This document shows, piece by piece, positions 57,571 to 64,000 of a stretch of 64,000 nt of DNA; the first letter of the stretch is position 1; every line of letters begins with the position of its first letter. The notes under the pieces were generated by a model. It was not told the DNA's origin. It was given only the letters and a program-made list of their open reading frames with translations, and did no database searches. Position numbers and translations under genes: made by a program. Origin of the DNA: Dudresnaya verticillata (lineage: Eukaryota); the NCBI GenBank assembly GCA_977862235.1, contig OZ374558.1, positions 2,976,001-3,040,000 of the forward strand. The letters run 5' to 3'.

Positions 57571-60500
57571 TCACGAACTGTTTTGGCCCGGCGTAGCTCG
57601 GCGCTTCATGCGCGCGAAGAAGCGGGACACCAACGTGGCCGGCAGAAGAGCCTCGGGTTCCCAGGTTCGGCCATTATACCCATACCACTTGACCTGAAAC
57701 CACCGCTGGCCAGTTGAATCCTCGCGCATATCCGTGAGCTTGTCAATGACATATTCCTCGGCCGACGCAGCGACTCCTTCTGGAAGGGTTCCCAATGCGG
57801 CGCTGACTATTGTCTCCGTAGCCATCGGTTGCCCTTGTGGCCTGGGCGCGGCTACTACTCGGTCCGAGCTAACACGCTCTAGTTGGCCAGCTCCGTCTAT
57901 GACGAACGTACGGCCATCATTGCTTATAATTTTGTATGGCCCCTGGGCATGATGCTCTAGTTTCTTTGGCTGCTTTTCGGGGTTGTCCAGGAAGACAAAT
58001 CCCCCAGCGGCCAGCATATTATTCCCCGTTCTAACCGAGCGGTCAAAGTCCTTCTTGTAGCGCGCTTGTGTGCGAGTTAAACTGGCCGAAGCTTTATCCA
58101 CGGCCTCTGATAATCGGCGTAAGAACGCTTCTTTGACAGTCCCTGTTGGCTTTGGCCGGTTTAACGTAGCTTCAAGTGAGAATTGACTCGGCGGCCGACT
58201 GAGAACCAAGTCAAACGGCGTGGTTCCAGTTGAGCGATTTATATGGCAATTATAAGCATACGTCAATGCCGCAGCGTACTCATCCCAGTCAGTCTGATGT
58301 TCATTCACGTAGCTCCTCAGCATTGCGGCCAATGTTCGATTGTACCTTTCCACTTGGCCATTTGTTTGTGGATGATATGTTGTTGTGAAGATGTTGGCCA
58401 CCTGTAATTGTCGGCAGACTGCCTGGAAGAACTTGGCCGCAAACTGCCCTCCGTTATCGGTAAGAACTGTCTTTAGTGCGCCGTACTTGAAAATCTAGTG
58501 AACGCAAAACCCCGTGGCCACATTATAGGCGGTTATCTTCGTCAAAGGCACCACCTGAGTCAGCTTCGAGAAGCGACATTTCATGACTAATATGTGCTAG
58601 AACCCCTTCTTAGTTCTGGGGAGTGGCCCGAGGAGGTCCATGGCCACACTCTCTAATGGTTTACTGGCCGGGAACAGCTGTAACTTCGATGTATGTCGGA
58701 GACGACGAATCCGGTTTTTGGCGCAATGGCCACAGTTCCGAACTGTTGCTAGGCAATCAGCGGCCATGTGGGGCCAATAGTATGTCCGTCGAAGAGTCTG
58801 ATACATTCGATTCTGGCCAGGGTGACCTGCCAGAACGGTATGGTGACACAACCGAAGAATGCGGCCATGTAACAAGGCTGGAAGCACTATTTGTTTCTGG
58901 CCATCTGTCGGACAACGCCTGTAGAGGACCCCATCGACTCCTTCGAAGAAGAGAGGTTTCTTGGGTCGTCCCAGGCCAGTTCGCGTGGCGAGAATGGTCT
59001 GGCAGAAGTCATCGCTTTTCTGGCCTTCTATTATTTCAGTCTGTGTTACTGGTGTTGGGAGGATCTCTGCTGTCTTCCCTTCCATTTGTGCACGACTGAA
59101 GACTTCCGCCCGGCCATAGTCCGTATAATCGGCCATCAAATGTTCCTCTTCCCATGCGTCGACTCCATCGTCTCTTTCTCTCCTGTCGGCCATATTAATT
59201 TCTCGATTTCTCCGGGCCCGCGTGGTCGTGAGAATAGAGGGGGTACCGTCCAATACAGGTACATTATCATCTATTGGCCGTGCATCTCCGCTCTCTTGCG
59301 AGGCCACCAAGCGGGACAAGGCATCGGGTACTTGGTTCTTACGCCCCGTTTTATACTCAATCACAAAGTCGAACTCGGCCAGACGTAGTCTCCATCTTGT
59401 AAGACGGCGAGACGAATCAGTGAGCGACATCAACCAACGGAGGGCATCATGGTCCGTACGAACTGTGAACTTTGTACCTTCAACATATGGCCGTAATGAT
59501 GTAATTTGCCCACACCACAGACAAACACTCGCGCTCCGTGGCCGAATAGTTTTTCTCGGCCGACGTCAGGGAACGAGACCAATATCCCACGGGATGGTAC
59601 GACTCGTCCTCTTGTTCTTGGAGCAGAACGCATCCAATCTGATATGCGCTGGCATCGGTCTCAATCACATATGGCCGACCGTATCTAGGTAAGGCCAGAA
59701 TCGGCGGCGAGACGAGAGCGGCCTTCAGTTTCTCGAAGCTATGACATTGTTCCTCCGTTGGCCGTTCGAAGTCTGGCTCGGCATCCTTGCACAACATGCG
59801 CGTAAGTGGCCGTGCGATGGTGGAGAATTTGGCCACAAACCTTCGGTAGACATTGCAAGCGCCCAAGAAGGACCGGAGTTCCGTAAGAGATCCTGGAAAC
59901 TCGGCCTCTTGTATTGCCTTGGTACCCTGCATGGCCATACTTAGTTTTCCGGGGGTCACTACATGGCCCAGATAATCTACTTTGGCCTGAAAGAAGGAAC
60001 ACTTCTTCAACTTCAACGTAATGCCGGCCGCCTTCAACAAGGTTAGGACCTCGTCTAGATGGCCAAGATGATCCTCCACACTTTTGGAGAACACGATGAC
60101 ATCGTCCAGATAGATGAGGCAGATCTGCCATCGGACGCCAGAGAGAACTATGTCAAGCGCGCGCTGAAATGTGGCCGGTGCGTTCTTCAAGCCAAACGGC
60201 ATTCGATTGTACCTGAATGTCCCCAAGTGAGAGGTGAAAGCCGTCTTATCCTTGTCCTCCTCGGCCACTGGTATTTGCCAATATCCGGAGTTGCAGTCCA
60301 AGGTTGAAAACTCGGCCGCATCCCCAAGGGAGTCTATACAATCTTCCATGCGCGGGAGCGGGTATGCGTCACCAACTGTCTTCGCATTGAGTCGGCGGTA
60401 ATCGACGCAGAAACGATGCCTTCCTTTTTCGGTACCATCACAATTGGCGAGGCCCATTCTCCTTGCGATGGCTCTATCACTCCGGCCTCAAACTGCTTCC

Positions 60501-62000
60501 TAATGTCGGCCTCTGCGATCGCGCGTAACGTTGGTCCCTGTCGGCAGGGCATCGCTATTATTGGCCGGGTTCCATCTTCCAAGTCTATCCGATGTTCGGT
60601 GGCCATGATCTGTCCCAGGGAACCGTCCCACATTGCAATGTGTTTCTCTAGAATGGCCATTATCTTTTCGCGTTGTTTCTTGTCCGGAATATGATCAATC
60701 TTGATCTTATCCCGCCATTCTTGTGCCTCTTGTCTGGGTACCTTTGGTTCTGAAGGCTCACCTGTTTCTTGGCCAGATTCTTCTACTTCTACTTGACTAC
60801 TATCCTGACCCACAGGTGGAGTAAGCCCAAGTACACTGGCCATATTCTCCACACTCCGTCGGTGTGGCGTCAGGATTTCCATGGGGTGGCGGACAGCATA
60901 GCCGACCACGGTACCATTTGGCAGTAAGACATCCTTTCTTCCCCAGTTGGCCAGCATTACCTGGAATGGTTTCTGCGGCCGAACTTCGGCAACTCCATTG
61001 GCCATCCGCGTATGGTGCCGAAAGCTCAAAGAATGTTTGGGCTCCAACACACATAATCCTCGGCCATCGCTGCGAACAGACACGGTGGCCTGTTGGCCTG
61101 CCTGTATGGTTAGACCTTTCGTCAATCGTACAGTGGCCGCGTAGTGTCGCGGGGTCTTGCGTTCCGTACTGGCCGAATTGGAATTACCCGGAGGCCGGGC
61201 CCCCTTCGCAGCGGTTGGCTCTGGCCCCAGAGCCATCGAAGTGCTGTCGGGTAACAAAGGAAGGACGTCACCGCGCACTAAGTGCACGGTCTGTGCACGG
61301 CACTGGATGCTATCCACGTGCGTGTTCAGAAATTTCGTACCCAACAAAACGGGTACGGCAAAGCGAAGGTCAGCGATAAGGAACGGCACTCGATATGAGT
61401 GACGGCCTAAGCGTACGACCAAGGAAACGGCCCCTCGAAAATGAATCGGCCGTTGGTTGGCGTCCCCCAGAAGGGGTGGGGACGTCAACGCAAGTGCGTT
61501 GTCCTTCCAGTTGGGAGGCAACGCATCCAACCGGATGATGTTTCAACCCGAGCACGTGTCTAAGACAATTGGCCCGGGTAACAAGGCGGACATCGTGAGT
61601 CCAAATGAACCCGAAAGGGTATAGTTGGCCCCACCCAGGATGCAGACCATACCTTGTGATGAAACACTGGCCAGTTGGGATTCCTCTTGCTGTTCGTCGT
61701 TCGATGATTTGCGGCCACTCTTTGGCAACGAACCCCCGTTTGTGGTGGGGGTGGATGATGATGTAGTATGGCCAGATCTCCAGGGCGGTGACCACACCAG
61801 AGCGTTAGATGAAAATGGGCAGTGGTAGGTCAAATCATGGGTTGACCAAACCTGGATTGGCGTTGCCAAACGCCATGCAATGGCTAACAAAGAATATAAA
61901 TGGAGATGACTAAAAGGAAATAACTTAACTGAAACGAGACTATCCGGTTTTGGGACGTGTACGGGCAACGGGATCACGACCGAAGATCTCGGCCCGGCTA
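57571..62000 (-). pseudogene. Gypsy pol (PR, RT, RNase H, integrase, chromodomain) with several frameshifts and stops
   Basis: Motifs VLDTCSG, MPFGLKNAPATFQ, YLDD, ETDASAYQIG, HHCC zinc finger, YHPQTNGQVERYN, GPY and EEYVIDKL..VKWYGY..TWEP. Confidence 0.95.
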
Positions 62001-62007
62001 GTTTCCC
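61962..62007 (-). promoter_or_regulatory. Putative -1 ribosomal frameshift signal (gag-pol)
   Basis: G GGA AAC lies immediately before the gag TAG. The -1 frame is open into the protease and a GC-rich stem follows. Confidence 0.7.
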
Positions 62008-64000
62008 GACGCTAACGAAGAATTATCGGACTCCACATCGGCCACCACCTCATCCAATGGATGTTCTTGCGTAGTGACTAACGTGGCCTGCCGATTCCCA
62101 CGGTTCGAAGATGATTGTTGTGGCCGTCGGAGTATTCCCTGAGGGGGAGGGCGTCCCCTTCCATCCCCAAAGGAGACATTCCTTTGGTATGGGCGGTAAC
62201 CGCGACCACCTCGGCCAGCAAACTGTTCAGGGTGCCATCTAGGGAATTCATCTCGGAAGCGGAAGTTACGTATGGCAAACAAGTTCCTGATGGCCATTGG
62301 TAAGTACACACAAGTGTACAAATCATGGCCCCATTCGCGACAACCCCAACAACGGGCACTGGTTTTGTCACTGCGTAGCATAATAGCGACTTTGGCCAGC
62401 TCATCCGATGTTAACGTCGGAGGTTTTCGGAGTGGGTCCGGGGTATTACCCCCGGACACCGACCCTGCCGGTGACGGCGTGGTCGGCGTCATCTTCGGTG
62501 TTTGCTGAGCACCATTCTGGCCAGGGGTAATGGCCATAACCAGTATGGTGTCAAACGGATCATCATAGTTGGCCTCTATATCCTCCGGCTCTGCCTGCCA
62601 AGCAGGTTCGGCCGCAAGGGTAGGGATGTCCAACGCACTTCGAGAACTGGCCGACCCTGTTTTGGGTCGTGCAGAAGCCAAGTAGGCTCTGTGTGTCTCC
62701 CCCTCGGCGATGGCGATACGGCGCACCGTCGAGAAGTCCTTCTCCTCCGGCCGCATCTGCATAAGCTTCTCAGCTACGGCCGAACGAGTAGTCGAAGGTA
62801 AACCCCTCACATAATTGTTGATCAGGGTGTTCTCCGAGAAGACATCGGCGCACGACAGCGCCGCGTCCCCTAACCGGTCAGCGAATTCCGCTTCTGTCTC
62901 GGTATCTTTCTGTTTGCTTCTGGCCACTTTGTCGAACGCAGCGGCCAGAACATCTTCGGTGCAGTAGCGTTTGATGAGAGCGTGGACTAATTGTGGCCAG
63001 CTGATTTGTGAAAATCCACTCATCGGAAAGATGGAGTGTACTAACCTTATACCACGGGAAATTCGGCCAGAATAGAACCTCTTCGCATCACCGGCCGTAA
63101 ACAAGGCCAGTAGACGCAAAGCGGCCCCTTCATGGACGTTTTTCCCATCACAGGCGTCCTTGAACGCCTTGAGGAAGGACAGGAGCTCGATCGGACGTCG
63201 GCCATCAAATGGGTTCATCTGCGGGAACAAGTTCCGGATTTGGCGAGTCATCCGGGACAAGCGCCGCGCATCCTCCATAGTCATCGTTGGCCGAGTATCC
63301 AAAAGGCGGTGGGTCCGGTAATCCACCACCCGCCGGAAGGGTTCTTGGAGGGTCTTGAGAGGCTCTAGACCTGGTTCCATTGGCCCCATCATCGCGACAG
63401 GAAGACCTGTTTCATCCAACTGGCCAGTGTATCCCATGGAAGGGTCCCCTGCATCAACTGGCCCCGAAGGTCCAACTAAAGCAGGCCGTGGGGCGGCACC
63501 ACTGTTCTGAGTGTTGCCCTCTTGCGGTGGTACCCCTTCTTCAGGAATTTTTGGCCGAGCCTTGTCAGGATGCGACAAGGCTGTTATCTCATCTTGCAAC
63601 TTATCCAGTTGCTTCTGCACTGCTGCTACCGGTTCACCCACCTGCGGTGCCAAGACTGGTAGGTTGGCCGGTGTTATCCGAGCGGACTCGGACCTTGTCT
63701 GGCCAGGGAGATCAGGGAGTTTTACCTTCCCGTCGGAAGAGAAGACGGCCTTCTCAACCTTTTCCAGACGCTCATCATAACGTTCCGCTATGGCCGTAAG
63801 TGCACCGTCTAGGATGACGGAGTGTATCTCCTGGCGAAGCTGTTGGTCCCTAATCAGAGCCGTGGTGGAAATCTTGACTTGCATCTCGCCAAACTGGTTC
63901 TTCACCTCTTGTTGCCACTCGGCTGTACGTCGCTTATACTGGTAGAACTCTTGCCGGCCCAACCAAACGTCGTGTTCTGGCTGGGAATCATCATCAACTG
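61998..64000 (-). CDS. Gypsy gag (5' partial)
   Basis: The frame is open to the window edge, with a capsid-like region and the knuckle CWGCREWGHDLYTC. Confidence 0.9.
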   Translation of the reverse strand, partial: VDDDSQPEHDVWLGRQEFYQYKRRTAEWQQEVKNQFGEMQVKISTTALIRDQQLRQEIHSVILDGALTAIAERYDERLEKVEKAVFSSDGKVKLPDLPGQTRSESARITPANLPVLAPQVGEPVAAVQKQLDKLQDEITALSHPDKARPKIPEEGVPPQEGNTQNSGAAPRPALVGPSGPVDAGDPSMGYTGQLDETGLPVAMMGPMEPGLEPLKTLQEPFRRVVDYRTHRLLDTRPTMTMEDARRLSRMTRQIRNLFPQMNPFDGRRPIELLSFLKAFKDACDGKNVHEGAALRLLALFTAGDAKRFYSGRISRGIRLVHSIFPMSGFSQISWPQLVHALIKRYCTEDVLAAAFDKVARSKQKDTETEAEFADRLGDAALSCADVFSENTLINNYVRGLPSTTRSAVAEKLMQMRPEEKDFSTVRRIAIAEGETHRAYLASARPKTGSASSRSALDIPTLAAEPAWQAEPEDIEANYDDPFDTILVMAITPGQNGAQQTPKMTPTTPSPAGSVSGGNTPDPLRKPPTLTSDELAKVAIMLRSDKTSARCWGCREWGHDLYTCVYLPMAIRNLFAIRNFRFRDEFPRWHPEQFAGRGGRGYRPYQRNVSFGDGRGRPPPQGILRRPQQSSSNRGNRQATLVTTQEHPLDEVVADVESDNSSLASGN

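Larger units (their letters stand above)
52250..64000 (-). mobile_element. Ty3/Gypsy chromodomain LTR retrotransposon (Gypsy-1) with an antisense accessory ORF; 5' end beyond the window
   Basis: gag-PR-RT-RH-IN-chromodomain on the minus strand, with an LTR at 52250-52577. Confidence 0.95.

Noticed and set aside
1..64000. CRISPR array, rRNA or prokaryotic operons
   Set aside because: I found no regularly spaced repeat-spacer units or rRNA-like sequence. All repeats resolve as eukaryotic TE parts.

Overview
This is a eukaryotic, transposon-dominated window. The intronless genes, the GalEa-type Copia element and the family mix suggest a florideophyte red alga, but that is inference only. About 85% of the window is nested mobile DNA. 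It contains a degenerate Copia (<1-14.1 kb, minus strand) split by a 5-kb nested stack and by a 4.9-kb tyrosine-recombinase (DIRS/Ngaro-like) retroelement. It also holds more than a dozen 0.6-0.9 kb solo-LTR-like units with TGT..ACA ends, most with readable 5-bp target-site duplications (TSDs), and decayed PIF/ISL2EU, pogo, Tigger and piggyBac transposases. A 3.95-kb GalEa-type LTR element with 175/176 identical LTRs lacks integrase and RT but carries an antisense Cys-His-Asp peptidase-like ORF. A chromodomain Gypsy (52250->64000) carries an intact ~1130-aa antisense accessory ORF and is enriched in GGCC/TGGCCA along its length. Four probable host genes form an insertion-free island at 30.6-38.7 kb. 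The best candidates for new biology are the Gypsy accessory ORF with its dispersed motif (a possible sequence-specific self-recognition or anti-silencing system) and the peptidase-carrying GalEa derivative. All coordinates, TSDs and counts were read by eye; no searches were run.
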